A DNA stretch of 64,000 bases from Candidatus Eiseniibacteriota bacterium (GCA_031431875.1 JANPEF010000106.1:44680-108679); one strand, 5' to 3'; shown: positions 1 to 11,928, counted from the first letter of the stretch. Notes: generated by a model not told the origin, from the letters alone. A program made the numbers and translations.

Positions 1-2
1 TC

Positions 3-128
3 GTCAACGAAGACGCCGTCGTCGAGCGCATCCTGCTCGAAGGATCGGTGATCGGCGAGAACGCGCTCGTCCGCGGGACGTTCCGCCATCTCAACGTGGG
101 AGACTCCTCCGAAGTGAGCATGGGATAG
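3..128 (+). CDS. 3' end of a probable sugar-phosphate nucleotidyltransferase (partial, runs off window)
   Basis: Frame reads [41 protein letters not shown], hexapeptide-repeat-like; TAG at 126-128. Confidence 0.6.
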   Translation, partial: VNEDAVVERILLEGSVIGENALVRGTFRHLNVGDSSEVSMG

Positions 129-163
129 CTCACGGAGCCCCCGCCAACCCGCAAGGAGCAGGC

Positions 164-1306
<1,143 letters not shown>

Positions 1307-1308
1307 CC

Positions 1309-2580
1309 ATGGCGGAGACGATGACGACCACGCACGACGTGAAGGACCTGGGCCTCGCGCCCGCGGGCAAGCTGAAGATCGAGTGGGCGGACCGGCAGAT
1401 GCCGGTGCTGCGCCAGATCCGCGCCCGCTTCGAGAAGGAGCAGCCGCTCAAGGGGCTGCGCGTTGCGGCCTGCCTGCACGTGACGGCCGAGACGGCGAAC
1501 CTGATGCGCACCCTGAAGGCCGGCGGCGCCGACATCACGCTGTGCGGCTCGAACCCGCTGTCGACCAACGACGAGGTCGCGGCCTCGCTCGTCGTCGACT
1601 ACGGCATCTCGACCCACGCGATCAAGGGCGAGGATCACGACACGTACTACCGTCATATCCAGTCGGCGATCGACAGCAAGCCGCAGGTGACGATGGACGA
1701 CGGCTGCGACCTGGTGACCGTGCTGCACACCAAGCGCAAGGACATGCTGGCGGGCGTCATCGGCGGCACCGAGGAGACGACGACCGGCGTCATCCGCCTG
1801 CAGGCGATGGCGAAGCAGGGCGTGCTCGGCTACCCGGTCGTGGCCATCAACGACGCCGACACCAAGCACCTGTTCGACAACCGCTACGGCACCGGCCAGA
1901 GCACGCTCGACGGCATCCTGCGCTGCACCAACATGCTGCTCGCCGGCTCGACCGTCGTCGTGGCCGGCTACGGCTGGTGCGGCCGCGGCGTCGCCATGCG
2001 TGCGCGCGGCATGGGTGCGATCGTGCTCGTCACCGAGATCGATCCGGTCAAGGCGATCGAGGCGGCGATGGACGGCTTCGAGGTGGTGACCATGGAGAAC
2101 GCCTCGTCACGCGGCATCCTCTTCATCACCATGACGGGCAACAAGAACGTGATCCGCGGCGAGCACTTCAAGGCGATGCAGGACGGCGCCGTGGTGTGCA
2201 ACTCGGGCCACTTCAACGTCGAGATCGACATTCCCGCGCTGGAAAAGCTGGCGTCGGCCAAGAACGAGACGCGCCCGTTCGTCGAGGAGTTCGTGATCGG
2301 CGAGAAGCGCATCTTCCTGCTCGGCGAGGGCCGGCTGATCAACCTGGCGGCGGCCGAGGGGCACCCGGCCTCGGTGATGGACATGTCGTTCGCCAACCAG
2401 TCGCTCTCGGCCGAGTACCTGGCGAAGAATGCGGCGACCCTGCCCAAGGACGTCTTCACGGTGCCGAAGGAGATCGACGCGCAGGTGGCCCTGCTCAAGC
2501 TGGCGGCCATGGGTGTGACGATCGACACGCTGACGCCCGAGCAGGTGAAGTACCTGGCCGAGTGGAGCGAGGGAACCTAG
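1309..2580 (+). CDS. ahcY: Adenosylhomocysteinase
   Basis: CLHVTAET, GTEETTTG, KHLFDNRYGTGQS, GYGWCGRG, GRLINL..AEGHP; ATG 2 nt after metK stop. Confidence 0.97.
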   Translation: MAETMTTTHDVKDLGLAPAGKLKIEWADRQMPVLRQIRARFEKEQPLKGLRVAACLHVTAETANLMRTLKAGGADITLCGSNPLSTNDEVAASLVVDYGISTHAIKGEDHDTYYRHIQSAIDSKPQVTMDDGCDLVTVLHTKRKDMLAGVIGGTEETTTGVIRLQAMAKQGVLGYPVVAINDADTKHLFDNRYGTGQSTLDGILRCTNMLLAGSTVVVAGYGWCGRGVAMRARGMGAIVLVTEIDPVKAIEAAMDGFEVVTMENASSRGILFITMTGNKNVIRGEHFKAMQDGAVVCNSGHFNVEIDIPALEKLASAKNETRPFVEEFVIGEKRIFLLGEGRLINLAAAEGHPASVMDMSFANQSLSAEYLAKNAATLPKDVFTVPKEIDAQVALLKLAAMGVTIDTLTPEQVKYLAEWSEGT

Positions 2581-2672
2581 GCCGGGTGGCGAAACCGATG
2601 CAGGACCGGCGGCCGCGGCGCACGCGGTCGTCCGGCTCAAAGGGAACCGAGGCCCCCGCAGGCAGGGATCCC

Positions 2673-5213
2673 ATGAAGATCGAGCTCTCGGAGCGACGCC
2701 GGCGGCATGTCGTCGGCGTCCTCCTCGGCGCCCTCGGGCTCGTCGCACTGGCGAGCCTCGTGACCTACCGTGCACCCGCTCTCGGGTACGCGGCGTGGTC
2801 GATGCCCAACGCCAGCGGTCCGCTCGGCGCGGGGCTCGCGCACGCCCTGGTCGGCACGTTCGGACGCATCGTCGCGTTCGGCACCCCGCTGCTGCTCTTC
2901 GCCTGGAGCCTGAACCGGCTGCGCAATCGCGCGGCCGGGCCGCTCGCGCTCGAGACCGCGTTCGGTGCGGCGATCGCGATCGAGGCGCTGGCGCTGGTCG
3001 GCCTGGCCGGCGTGCGCGTCGGCGCGTGGGCCGGCGGCATCGGCCTCGGTCTCGCGGGCGCCGCGCGCCTCGTGCTCGGCGACATCGGCGGCGCGATCGC
3101 GCTGGTCGCCGTGTTCCTCATCACCGGATTGGTCGCCTCGGAGATCGGCTTCGGCCTGGTCACCCAGGCTTGGCGCCTGTTCGTCAAGGCGCCGGCGCGT
3201 GCCGTGCTCGAGGGGGCGCGCGAGAAGCACGCCGCCGTGCGCGCCCGTCGCGCCGACGAGGCGGCGCAGGCGGAGTCTGCCGTCGCCGTGCCGGTCGCGA
3301 CCGCGCTCGCGCCGCCACGCGCGCGCCATCGTCGCCCGGCCGAGGCGGTCGAGTCCGCGATCGTCGTGCCCGCGGCCGAGGATCTCGTCCCGGTCGCGCC
3401 GCGCATCGTCGCACCCCGTCCGATCACCGAGGGCGACGCGCTCGCCCAGGCCCGCCGCGAGGAGGCCGAGGCGCGCGAGCGCCGGGTGCAGGAGAAGGAG
3501 GCGCGCGCGCTCGAGCGCGCCGCGAAGGCGAACGAGGCCGAGGCGCTGCCGGCACGGGCCAGCGGCGAGATCCCGCTCGCCTCGGACCCGGCCACGCACG
3601 CCGAGCTCGCGGTGGACGACGGTGCGCCCAAGCCCGGCGTCGATCCCGCGGCGCAGCTCACCGCGGGCATGGCCGGGATGTCGGGCGTGAACGTCGCCGC
3701 GCAGGCGATGGGGGCCAGGGCCCGGAATCTCGTGCGCACGCCCGAGATTCCGAAGGTGCCGTACGTGCCGGGCGACCGGCCCGGGCTCGACCTGCTCGAG
3801 GATCCGCCGACCGTGATCGAGGGCCCGAGCGCCGAGGAGCTCACCGCCGAAGCGCAGCTCCTGACCACGCGCATGCTCGACTTCGGGATCACCGGCCGCG
3901 TCACCGAGATCCAGCCGGGCCCCGTCGTCACCATGTTCGAGTTCGAGCCCGCCGCCGGCGTCAAGGTGTCGTCGATCACCAGCCGCGCCGACGACCTCGC
4001 GCTGGCCATGCGCGCCCGGCAGATCCGCATCATCGCGCCCATTCCCGGGAAGGCCGCGGTTGGCATCGAGATCCCGAACCGCAAGCCGCGGACGGTGTAT
4101 CTCAAGGAGGTGCTCGCGTCCGACGTCTACAAGGGGGAGAAGGGAGCGCTCAAGATCGTGCTCGGGGTCGACGCGGGCGGCAACTCGTTCGCCTACGACA
4201 TCGCGAAGATGCCGCACGTTCTGGTCGCGGGCGCGACCGGAGCGGGGAAGAGCGTGTACTTGAACGTGCTGGTCACCAGCCTCCTCTACGGGCACGGGCC
4301 GGACACGCTGCGCTTCGTCATGGTCGACCCGAAGATGCTCGAGCTCACCGGCTACAACGGCATCCCGCACCTGCTCATGCCGGTCGTCACCGACGCCAAG
4401 AAGGCCGCGCGTGCGCTGCGCTGGACGGTGGGGGAGATGGAGCGACGCTACAAGCTGCTGGCCGGCACCGGCGCGCGCAACATCGACGGCTTCAACGGCA
4501 AGCTGGCCGGCCCCAATCCGCCGACCGGCGGCGAGGGCGAGAGCCTCGAGCCGCTGCCGTACATCGTGGTTCTGGTCGACGAGCTCGCCGACCTCATGCT
4601 CACCGCACCGGTCGACATCGAGGAGCCGATCGCCCGCCTGGCCCAGATGGCGCGCGCCGTCGGCATTCACCTGGTGCTCGCCACGCAGCGGCCCTCGGTC
4701 GACGTCCTGACTGGAGTGATCAAGGCCAACTTCCCGTCCCGCATCGCATTTCAGGTGGCCTCGAAAGTGGATTCGAGGACCATCCTCGACATGAATGGGG
4801 CCGAGGCGCTGCTCGGCCACGGCGACATGCTGTTCCTCCCGGCCGGCAAGCCCGAGCCCTACCGCGTGCACGCCCCGTGGCTCTCCGAGCCCGAGGCTTC
4901 GCGCGTCGCCGACTACTGGAAGGCGCGCGCGCCCGAACGCCCGGGGCTGTCGATCGAGGACCAGATCGAGGCCGAGGCCGAAGGCTTTGACGGGGACGAC
5001 GACGAGCTGGTGCCCGAGGCGGTGCGCCTGGTGATCACCCACCAGCAGGGCTCGACGTCGCTGCTGCAGCGCCGCCTCAAGGTTGGTTACTCGCGGGCGT
5101 CGCGCCTCATGGACAAACTCGAGGCGATGGGTGTCGTCGGGCCATTCATGGGCAGCAAGGCCCGCGACGTGCTGGTCGACGAGACGCAGCTCGAGGAGTT
5201 CGAACGCCGATGA
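2673..5213 (+). CDS. ftsK: DNA translocase FtsK
   Basis: N-terminal TM helices, Ala/Pro linker, Walker A GATGAGKS, DELADLM, ATQRPSVDV, gamma domain LQRRLKVGYSRA. Start 2673 or 2598. Confidence 0.95.
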   Translation: MKIELSERRRRHVVGVLLGALGLVALASLVTYRAPALGYAAWSMPNASGPLGAGLAHALVGTFGRIVAFGTPLLLFAWSLNRLRNRAAGPLALETAFGAAIAIEALALVGLAGVRVGAWAGGIGLGLAGAARLVLGDIGGAIALVAVFLITGLVASEIGFGLVTQAWRLFVKAPARAVLEGAREKHAAVRARRADEAAQAESAVAVPVATALAPPRARHRRPAEAVESAIVVPAAEDLVPVAPRIVAPRPITEGDALAQARREEAEARERRVQEKEARALERAAKANEAEALPARASGEIPLASDPATHAELAVDDGAPKPGVDPAAQLTAGMAGMSGVNVAAQAMGARARNLVRTPEIPKVPYVPGDRPGLDLLEDPPTVIEGPSAEELTAEAQLLTTRMLDFGITGRVTEIQPGPVVTMFEFEPAAGVKVSSITSRADDLALAMRARQIRIIAPIPGKAAVGIEIPNRKPRTVYLKEVLASDVYKGEKGALKIVLGVDAGGNSFAYDIAKMPHVLVAGATGAGKSVYLNVLVTSLLYGHGPDTLRFVMVDPKMLELTGYNGIPHLLMPVVTDAKKAARALRWTVGEMERRYKLLAGTGARNIDGFNGKLAGPNPPTGGEGESLEPLPYIVVLVDELADLMLTAPVDIEEPIARLAQMARAVGIHLVLATQRPSVDVLTGVIKANFPSRIAFQVASKVDSRTILDMNGAEALLGHGDMLFLPAGKPEPYRVHAPWLSEPEASRVADYWKARAPERPGLSIEDQIEAEAEGFDGDDDELVPEAVRLVITHQQGSTSLLQRRLKVGYSRASRLMDKLEAMGVVGPFMGSKARDVLVDETQLEEFERR

Positions 5214-6643
5214 TGCCACTCGCCCCCAAGCTCGCGTTCGTCACGCTCGGCTGCCCCAAGAACCAGGTCGACTCCGAGGCCATGCTCGGGCTCCTGGCGA
5301 AGGACGGCTTCCGCCCGACCGGCGACGTCAACGACGCCGATCTCGTGGTGGTCAACACCTGCGCCTTCCTCGGCAGCGCCGTCGCGGAGAGCAAGAAGAC
5401 CATCCAGAAGATCGCCCGGCTCAAGAAGCGGGGGACGCTTCAGGGCCTCATCGTCGCCGGCTGCTGGGCGCAGCGCGACGGCACGACGATCGCCGACCAG
5501 ATCCCCGGAGTCGATGCCGTGCTCGGCACCGGGTCGGTCGAGAAGATCGTCGGCCTGTCGCGCGCCGTGCTCGATCGCGCCGGCGTGCGCGCCGCGGCGC
5601 TGAAAACCGCCGGCAGCGCGCAGGCGCGCCTGCCACGCCAGGGTCCGCTCGACGAAGTGCACGAGCCGGGTGGCGCGCTGGTCGCGCTGCCGCGCGCGCT
5701 GTCGACGCCGCGCCACCTCGCCTACCTCAAGATCAGCGAGGGCTGCGACCACCGCTGCACCTTCTGCATCATCCCGCACCTGCGCGGCGACCAGCGGAGC
5801 CGTCCGCTCGACTCGCTCGTCGCCGAGGCGCGCCTGCTGGCGAAGAACGGCGTCAAGGAACTGGTCCTCATCGGCCAGGACACGACGGCGTACGGCATCG
5901 ACCTGCCGGCAGCGGGGCGGCCGCGCCTGTCGACGCTCCTCCAGGCGCTGGTCGAGGTCGACGGGATCGAGTGGATCCGCGTCATGTACACGTATCCGCG
6001 CGAGTGGGACGAGGAGCTGATGGACACGCTTGGCGGCCACCCCAAGCTGTGCAAGTACGTGGACATGCCGCTGCAGCACATCCACGACGTCATGCTCAAG
6101 CGCATGGCGCGGGCCTCGAATCGGGCGAAGACCGAGAAGCTGCTGGGCGAGATCCGGCTCCGCATCCCGGGCGTGAGCCTGCGCACCTCGTTCATCGTGG
6201 GCTTCCCGGGCGAGACCAAGGAGCACTACGATACGCTGACGTCGTTCGTGCGCGACATGGAGTTCGACAAGGTGGTCGTGTTCGCCTACGAGCCCGAGCG
6301 CGAGGCGCCGTCGTCGTCGTTCAGCGGTCGTGTGCCCGAGTGGGTGAAGGCGTCACGAAGGGAACGGCTGCTGCTGACACAGCAGGAGATTTCGACGCGC
6401 CGGCTGGCCCGCCGCGTCGGGCGCGTCGAGACCGTGCTGATCGACGGTCCCGCCGCCGAGGGCCGCTGGCTCGCGCGTACGCAGGGGGAGGCGTACGAGG
6501 TGGACGGCGGCGTGTTCGTCGAAGGCAGCGATCTCTCCCCCGGCAGTTTCGTCCGCGTCCGGATCACCGGCGCGAGCGCCTACGACCTCTGGGCTGTCGC
6601 CCTCACGCCCGGACCTCTCGCCCTCCAGGGAGCGTCTCGATGA
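5210..6643 (+). CDS. rimO: Ribosomal protein S12 methylthiotransferase
   Basis: LGCPKNQVDSE, NTCAF, radical SAM GCDHRCTFC, C-terminal TRAM domain with EVDG. Confidence 0.93.
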   Translation: MMPLAPKLAFVTLGCPKNQVDSEAMLGLLAKDGFRPTGDVNDADLVVVNTCAFLGSAVAESKKTIQKIARLKKRGTLQGLIVAGCWAQRDGTTIADQIPGVDAVLGTGSVEKIVGLSRAVLDRAGVRAAALKTAGSAQARLPRQGPLDEVHEPGGALVALPRALSTPRHLAYLKISEGCDHRCTFCIIPHLRGDQRSRPLDSLVAEARLLAKNGVKELVLIGQDTTAYGIDLPAAGRPRLSTLLQALVEVDGIEWIRVMYTYPREWDEELMDTLGGHPKLCKYVDMPLQHIHDVMLKRMARASNRAKTEKLLGEIRLRIPGVSLRTSFIVGFPGETKEHYDTLTSFVRDMEFDKVVVFAYEPEREAPSSSFSGRVPEWVKASRRERLLLTQQEISTRRLARRVGRVETVLIDGPAAEGRWLARTQGEAYEVDGGVFVEGSDLSPGSFVRVRITGASAYDLWAVALTPGPLALQGASR

Positions 6644-7581
6644 TCGTTCCGTTCCGTCGTAACCCGATCCCGCCGGCCCTTGCCGCCCTGCTCGCGCTCG
6701 TGCTGCTCGCGCCGCCGGGAGCGGCGCCGCGTCCGGCGTGTGCGGACGATCGCGCGGTGACGAGGGAGCTGCCGCCGTCGAACACGGCGCTGCTCGCGCG
6801 CGCCTCGCGCGCGGCTGCGCAGCGGCTCGTCGCCGACGTGCCGCTGACGCCGGGCACGCGCATCGGCCTGCGCGCGGAGGGCGAGAGCAAGCTCGACGGC
6901 GACATGCGCGAGGCGCTGCTGCAGGCGTTCAACGCGCGGCAGATCACGTGCGTGCTGCTGGAGCCGGTCGGCGGAGCAAGGGACACGGCCGTGACCTTCG
7001 CCGAGCCGGCGGCCGCGGCGGACACCCCGCCGCCGCCGGCCGCCGGGGGCAGCCTGGCCGACCTTTCCGCCCGGGCGGCGGCGGCCCAGCAGGCCGGGAC
7101 GAGTGAGTTCGAGCGGCTGCAGGCCGAGCGTGAGGCGCAGGCGACGCGCGCCGATTCGATCCGCGCGGCGCGCGGGGCGGGCCATGCGGGCGGGAGCACG
7201 GGCGGTCCGGCCGCGTCAGCCGTGACCGCGCCGCGCGACCTGCCCGTGATCACGTGGCGAGTGCAGGAGGCGCGCGTCGACTACGTGCGCGAATATCGCA
7301 ACGGCATCTTCGGCTCCCACCGGGTCGAGCGGCGCGCGCGGGCGGACCTCGCCCTGCGCCTCACGCCGGCCGGCTCGGACGCGGTGGCGTGGAGCGCCGC
7401 GGCCGACACCGCGATCGGCGACGTCGTTCTCAAGAGCGAGCTCGCGGGGCTCGAGGACCGCACGCGTCCCGAGACGCGTCCCGTGCTGCCGCAGTCGAGC
7501 TTCAAGAAGGTGCTCGAGCCGGTGCTCGTCGTCGTGCTCGTCGCGGGGCTGGTCAGCCTCTTCTACCAGAACCGCCCGTGA
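6640..7581 (+). CDS. Hypothetical exported protein with C-terminal membrane anchor
   Basis: ATGA overlap with rimO; signal-peptide-like N-terminus; C-terminal hydrophobic helix LEPVLVVVLVAGLVSLFY. Confidence 0.75.
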   Translation: MIVPFRRNPIPPALAALLALVLLAPPGAAPRPACADDRAVTRELPPSNTALLARASRAAAQRLVADVPLTPGTRIGLRAEGESKLDGDMREALLQAFNARQITCVLLEPVGGARDTAVTFAEPAAAADTPPPPAAGGSLADLSARAAAAQQAGTSEFERLQAEREAQATRADSIRAARGAGHAGGSTGGPAASAVTAPRDLPVITWRVQEARVDYVREYRNGIFGSHRVERRARADLALRLTPAGSDAVAWSAAADTAIGDVVLKSELAGLEDRTRPETRPVLPQSSFKKVLEPVLVVVLVAGLVSLFYQNRP

Positions 7582-8417
7582 TCGTCCGCACCCGCCCGCT
7601 GCTGCTCGTCGCTGCGCTGCTCCTGCCGTTGCTCGCGGGTTTCACCGGCTGCGCCGGCGCGGAACGGCCGATCGCTCCGGCTTCGCCGGGGGATCAGCTG
7701 CGCATGGCACGCCTGCGCTACGACCGCAACGACTACACCGAGGCGATCGAGTTGCTCAACGGCTACGTGCAGTTCCGGGCCGACGCGCCGGACCTCGACG
7801 AGGCGCACTTCCTGCTCGGCATGAGCCATGTGCAGCAGAAGGCGTGGCCGCTGGCGGCGGGGGAGTTCGTGGTCGTGACCAGCGATCATCCCGACTCGCC
7901 GCGCCTGCCCGATGCGCACTACTGGCTCGGCGTGTCGTACTGGAAGCAGGCCCGCCCGCCGAAGTACGACCAGGATCCGACGAAGCGCGCGCTCGGCCAG
8001 TGGAACCGCTTCCTGCAGCTCTATCCCGACCACCCGCGCGCCGACGAGGCGCGGGCCATGCAGCAGGAGGGTCGCGACCGGCTCGCCGAGAAGGCGAAGC
8101 TGAACGGCGAGCTCTACATCACGCTCCACCAGTGGCAGCCGGCGCTCTACTACTTCGACGAGATCCTGCGCGAGTACCCCGAGAGCAAGTGGGCCGAGTG
8201 GGCGCTGCTCGGCCGCGGCGAGGCGTTGGGCGGCATGCGCCGCCAGGACGAGGCGCGCGTCCAGCTCGAGGCCGTGCGCGACAGCGCGAAGGACGCGGCC
8301 GTGCGCAAGCGCGCCGAGGATCGCCTGAAGAAGTTGCCGTACTCGCCGCCGTCGTCGGCCGGCAGCCCGTTGCCGGCGCCCGCGACGGCCGACTCCGATT
8401 CGGGGACGGCGGGGTGA
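7578..8417 (+). CDS. bamD: Outer membrane protein assembly factor BamD (TPR lipoprotein)
   Basis: GTGA overlap; lipobox FTGC; TPRs; YDQDPTKRAL, FLQLYPD, RDRLAEK pattern. Confidence 0.85.
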   Translation: MIVRTRPLLLVAALLLPLLAGFTGCAGAERPIAPASPGDQLRMARLRYDRNDYTEAIELLNGYVQFRADAPDLDEAHFLLGMSHVQQKAWPLAAGEFVVVTSDHPDSPRLPDAHYWLGVSYWKQARPPKYDQDPTKRALGQWNRFLQLYPDHPRADEARAMQQEGRDRLAEKAKLNGELYITLHQWQPALYYFDEILREYPESKWAEWALLGRGEALGGMRRQDEARVQLEAVRDSAKDAAVRKRAEDRLKKLPYSPPSSAGSPLPAPATADSDSGTAG

Positions 8418-9046
8418 GCCGCCGCGCGGCCGGCGGCCTCCGCATCGGCCTCCTCGGCGGCACATTCGATCCGCCGCACGTCGGTCACCTGCTGCTCGCC
8501 GAGGCGGCGCGCGAGCAACTGCGCCTCGACCGCATCCTCTTCGTGCCCGCCCACGTCCCCCCGCACAAGCGCGGCCGCCCGGTGACGCCGGCCCGCACGC
8601 GGCGCGCGCTGCTCGCCGCGGCGTTGCGCGGCACGGGCTTCGGCCTGTCGACGATCGAGCTCGATCGCCCCGGTCCCTCGTACACGGTCGATACTTTGAC
8701 GTCGCTGGCCCGGGCGCAGCCCGGGGCGAGACTGTTCTTGCTCATCGGCGCGGACAGTCTCATCGACCTCCCCGAATGGCGCGATCCGGAGCGAATCCTG
8801 TCCCTCGCGACGCTTGCCGTTGCCGTCCGTCCGGGCACGAAGCTCCCAGCCATGGCGCGCGGACCGCTCGCCCGGCATCGCTCTGCAGTCAAGTTCCTCG
8901 GCAACGTCCCGGTCGACGTGTCCTCGACGCAGCTGCGCGCGCGCGTCGCCGCCGGCCGCTCGATCCGCTTCCTCGTGCCCTCGGCGGTCGAGCGCGCGAT
9001 CGCGCGCCTGGGCCTGTACCGGCGCACCGGCGGGGGGCGGCCGTGA
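8414..9046 (+). CDS. nadD: Nicotinate-nucleotide adenylyltransferase
   Basis: GGTFDPPHVGH, PPHK, SYTVDTL, IGADS, VSSTQLR. Confidence 0.95.
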   Translation: MSRRAAGGLRIGLLGGTFDPPHVGHLLLAEAAREQLRLDRILFVPAHVPPHKRGRPVTPARTRRALLAAALRGTGFGLSTIELDRPGPSYTVDTLTSLARAQPGARLFLLIGADSLIDLPEWRDPERILSLATLAVAVRPGTKLPAMARGPLARHRSAVKFLGNVPVDVSSTQLRARVAAGRSIRFLVPSAVERAIARLGLYRRTGGGRP

Positions 9047-11928
9047 GCCCGGCAAAGCGCGAGCGGCTGTTCCTGCTCGACGGGCTGGCGCTGGCCTACC
9101 GCAGTCACTTCGCGTTCATCCGCCGGCCGCTCACCAACTCGCGCGGCGAGAACACGAGCGCGGTGTTCGCCTTCGCCAATACGGTCATCAAGCTGCGCGA
9201 CCAGGAGAAGCCCGAGCACTGGGCGCTGGCCTGGGACTCGATCCTGCCGACGCGACGCCACGTGAAGTACCCCGACTACAAGGCGCATCGCCCGCCGATG
9301 CCCGAGGACCTGGTCTTCCAGCTGCCGCGCCTCCTCGCGCTGGCCGAGGCGATCGGCCTGCCCAAGATCGAGGTCGCCGGCACCGAGGCCGACGACGTGA
9401 TGGCGACGCTGACCAGGCGCGCGGTGGCCGACGGCATGGACGTCGTGCTGGTGACCAACGACAAGGACCTGCAGCAGCTCGTCTCGCCGCACGTCAAGGT
9501 GCTCGCCCCCGGTGGTGGCGCGCGCGAGGACGCGTGGATGGACGAGGCGGCGGTGCAGGCCAAGTGGGGCGTGCCGCCGGGGGGACTCCGCGACGTCCTC
9601 GCGCTGATGGGTGACGCCAGCGACAACGTGCCCGGCGTGCCCGGCGTCGGCGAGAAGACCGCCGTCGAGCTGATCGCCCAGTTCGGTTCGCTCGACCAGG
9701 TCTACGCCCGGCTGTCCGAGGTGAAGAAGGACGGCGTGCGCAAGAAGCTGGCCGAGAATCGCGATGCCGCGTACCTGTCCCAGGAGCTGGTGACCGTCGA
9801 CGACGACCTCCCCATCGCCGAGGACTGGAGCACGATGGTGGTGCGCCCGATCGACGGCGCGAAGTTGCGGGCGCTCGCCACCGAACTCGACATCAACCGG
9901 CTCAAGAGCTACGCCGACCAGGCCGATGCCGGCGGGGAGGTGAAGGTATCCCACGCGCGAAGCGCGCAGGCGAGTGTCACGCCGGAGGCAGCCCCGGTCG
10001 TCGAAGCCTTCGGCCTCGACGAGACACAGCTCGGCTTCGGCTTCGACGTGCCGGCCGAGGCCGTCGTGCCGCGCCCCGCGAACATCGCTCCCGCTTCGTG
10101 GGAGGAGGGCACGCTGCCTCCGGCGTACGGGCCGAAGGTGCGCATCCTCACCACCGCCACGGAACTCGATGCGCTGGCGAAGCAGCTGCGCGCACTGCCG
10201 CACGGCTTCGTCGTCGACACCGAGACGACGTCCGAGGACCCGCTGCGTGCCCGGCTGGTCGGCGTCGGCTTCGCCTGGGGCGAGGCGCCCGTGTACGTGC
10301 CGCTCGCGCACAACGAGGGGACGAACGCACCGCGTGACGCGTTCGACCGGGCGATCGCGCCGCTGCTGGCCGATCCGGCGGTGAAGAAGACCGGACAGAA
10401 CTTCAAATACGACCAGCTCGTCTTCCGCACCGAGGGCTACGCCGTCGCGGGGCTCGCCGGCGACACGATGATCGCCTCGTACCTGCTCGATCCCGAGACG
10501 CCGCACAACCTCGACTGGCTGTCGGCCAATCACCTGAGCGTGACCAAGATTCCGACCTCGGCGCTGATCGGCAAGCGCGGCAAGGAACAGCGCACCATGG
10601 ACCAGGTGCCGATCGAGATCGTCGCCGCGTACTGCGGCGAGGACGTGCACTGCACGTGGGAACTGGCCGAGCGATTCCAGCCGCAGCTCGAGATCCAGGG
10701 CTTCGAGCCGCTGTACAAGGACGTCGAGATCCCGCTGTCGAACGTGCTCGCCGCGATGGAGTGGGAGGGCGTCCTGCTCGACGTCGACTTCCTCGCCGTC
10801 ATGTCAAGGAGGCTGGGCGGGGAGATCGCCGGGCTCGAGGTGAAGGTGCACGCCGCCGCGGGTCAGGCGTTCAACATCCAGTCGCCGCCCCAGCTCGCCG
10901 AGATCCTGTTCAAGAAACTGGGCCTGCCCGGCGGCAAGAAGACGAAGACCGGCTTCTCGACCGACAGCGACGTGCTCGCGGGCCTCGCGGGCATGCACGA
11001 CCTGCCGCGCCTCGTCCTCGACTACCGCCAGCTCGCCAAGCTCAAGTCGACGTACGTCGACGCGCTGCCCGCGATGGTGCTGCCCCGCGACGGCCGGCTC
11101 CACACCAGCTTCGGCCAGACGATCGCCGCGACCGGACGGCTGTCGTCGTCCGATCCGAATCTGCAGAACATCCCGTTCCGCACATCGCTGGGCCGCGAGG
11201 TCCGCCGCGCGTTCATCGCCCGCCCCGGGTGGAGGTTCGTCTCGGCCGACTACTCGCAGATCGAGCTGCGGCTCATGGCGCACTTCTCGCGCGACCCCGC
11301 GCTGGTCGAGGCGTTCCAGCGCGGCGAGGACGTGCACGCGCGCACCGCCGAGCGCGTGTTCTCCCTGCCGCCGGGAACGAAACCCACGTCCGAGCAGCGC
11401 GGCATGGCGAAGACGGTGAACTTCGGGGTGATGTACGGGATGGGCGCACGTGCGCTGGGCCAGCAGCTGGGCATCCCGGTCGCTGAGGCCAGCCGCTTCA
11501 TCGCCGAGTATTACCGAACGCACGAGGGCGTGAAGCGGCACCTCGACTCCATGGTCGCTGCCGCGCGCGAGAAGGGTTACGCCGAGACGATCCTCGGTCG
11601 CCGTCGTCGCCTGCCCGCGCTCACGGCGGGGGAGGGCCGCGCCCGCGCCGACGCCGAGCGCGCCGCGATCAACACGCCGATCCAGGGCTCGGCTGCGGAC
11701 CTGATCAAGGTCGCGATGATCCGCCTTGCCCGCGACCTCGAGGTGAAGGGCCTGGAGGCGAAGCTCCTGCTGCAGGTGCACGACGAACTGCTCGTCGAGT
11801 GTCCCGAGTCCGAGGTCGATGCCGCGCAGGCCGCGCTCGTCGAGGCGATGACCAGGGCGATGGACCTCTCCGTGCCACTCGAGGTGCAGGCCGGCGTCGG
11901 CGTCAACTGGTTCGAGGTCCACGCATGA
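9043..11928 (+). CDS. polA: DNA polymerase I
   Basis: 5'-3' exonuclease (LLDG, EADD, GDASDNVPGV), 3'-5' exonuclease (DTETT), polymerase (TGRLSSSDPNLQNIP, DYSQIELR, QVHDEL). Confidence 0.97.
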   Translation: MSPAKRERLFLLDGLALAYRSHFAFIRRPLTNSRGENTSAVFAFANTVIKLRDQEKPEHWALAWDSILPTRRHVKYPDYKAHRPPMPEDLVFQLPRLLALAEAIGLPKIEVAGTEADDVMATLTRRAVADGMDVVLVTNDKDLQQLVSPHVKVLAPGGGAREDAWMDEAAVQAKWGVPPGGLRDVLALMGDASDNVPGVPGVGEKTAVELIAQFGSLDQVYARLSEVKKDGVRKKLAENRDAAYLSQELVTVDDDLPIAEDWSTMVVRPIDGAKLRALATELDINRLKSYADQADAGGEVKVSHARSAQASVTPEAAPVVEAFGLDETQLGFGFDVPAEAVVPRPANIAPASWEEGTLPPAYGPKVRILTTATELDALAKQLRALPHGFVVDTETTSEDPLRARLVGVGFAWGEAPVYVPLAHNEGTNAPRDAFDRAIAPLLADPAVKKTGQNFKYDQLVFRTEGYAVAGLAGDTMIASYLLDPETPHNLDWLSANHLSVTKIPTSALIGKRGKEQRTMDQVPIEIVAAYCGEDVHCTWELAERFQPQLEIQGFEPLYKDVEIPLSNVLAAMEWEGVLLDVDFLAVMSRRLGGEIAGLEVKVHAAAGQAFNIQSPPQLAEILFKKLGLPGGKKTKTGFSTDSDVLAGLAGMHDLPRLVLDYRQLAKLKSTYVDALPAMVLPRDGRLHTSFGQTIAATGRLSSSDPNLQNIPFRTSLGREVRRAFIARPGWRFVSADYSQIELRLMAHFSRDPALVEAFQRGEDVHARTAERVFSLPPGTKPTSEQRGMAKTVNFGVMYGMGARALGQQLGIPVAEASRFIAEYYRTHEGVKRHLDSMVAAAREKGYAETILGRRRRLPALTAGEGRARADAERAAINTPIQGSAADLIKVAMIRLARDLEVKGLEAKLLLQVHDELLVECPESEVDAAQAALVEAMTRAMDLSVPLEVQAGVGVNWFEVHA

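Noticed and set aside
2637..5219. Long antisense and alternate-frame ORFs (also 18195-21710, 24053-26857, 30259-33033 and many more)
   Set aside because: Shadows of real high-GC genes; Arg/Ala/Pro-rich with no motifs.
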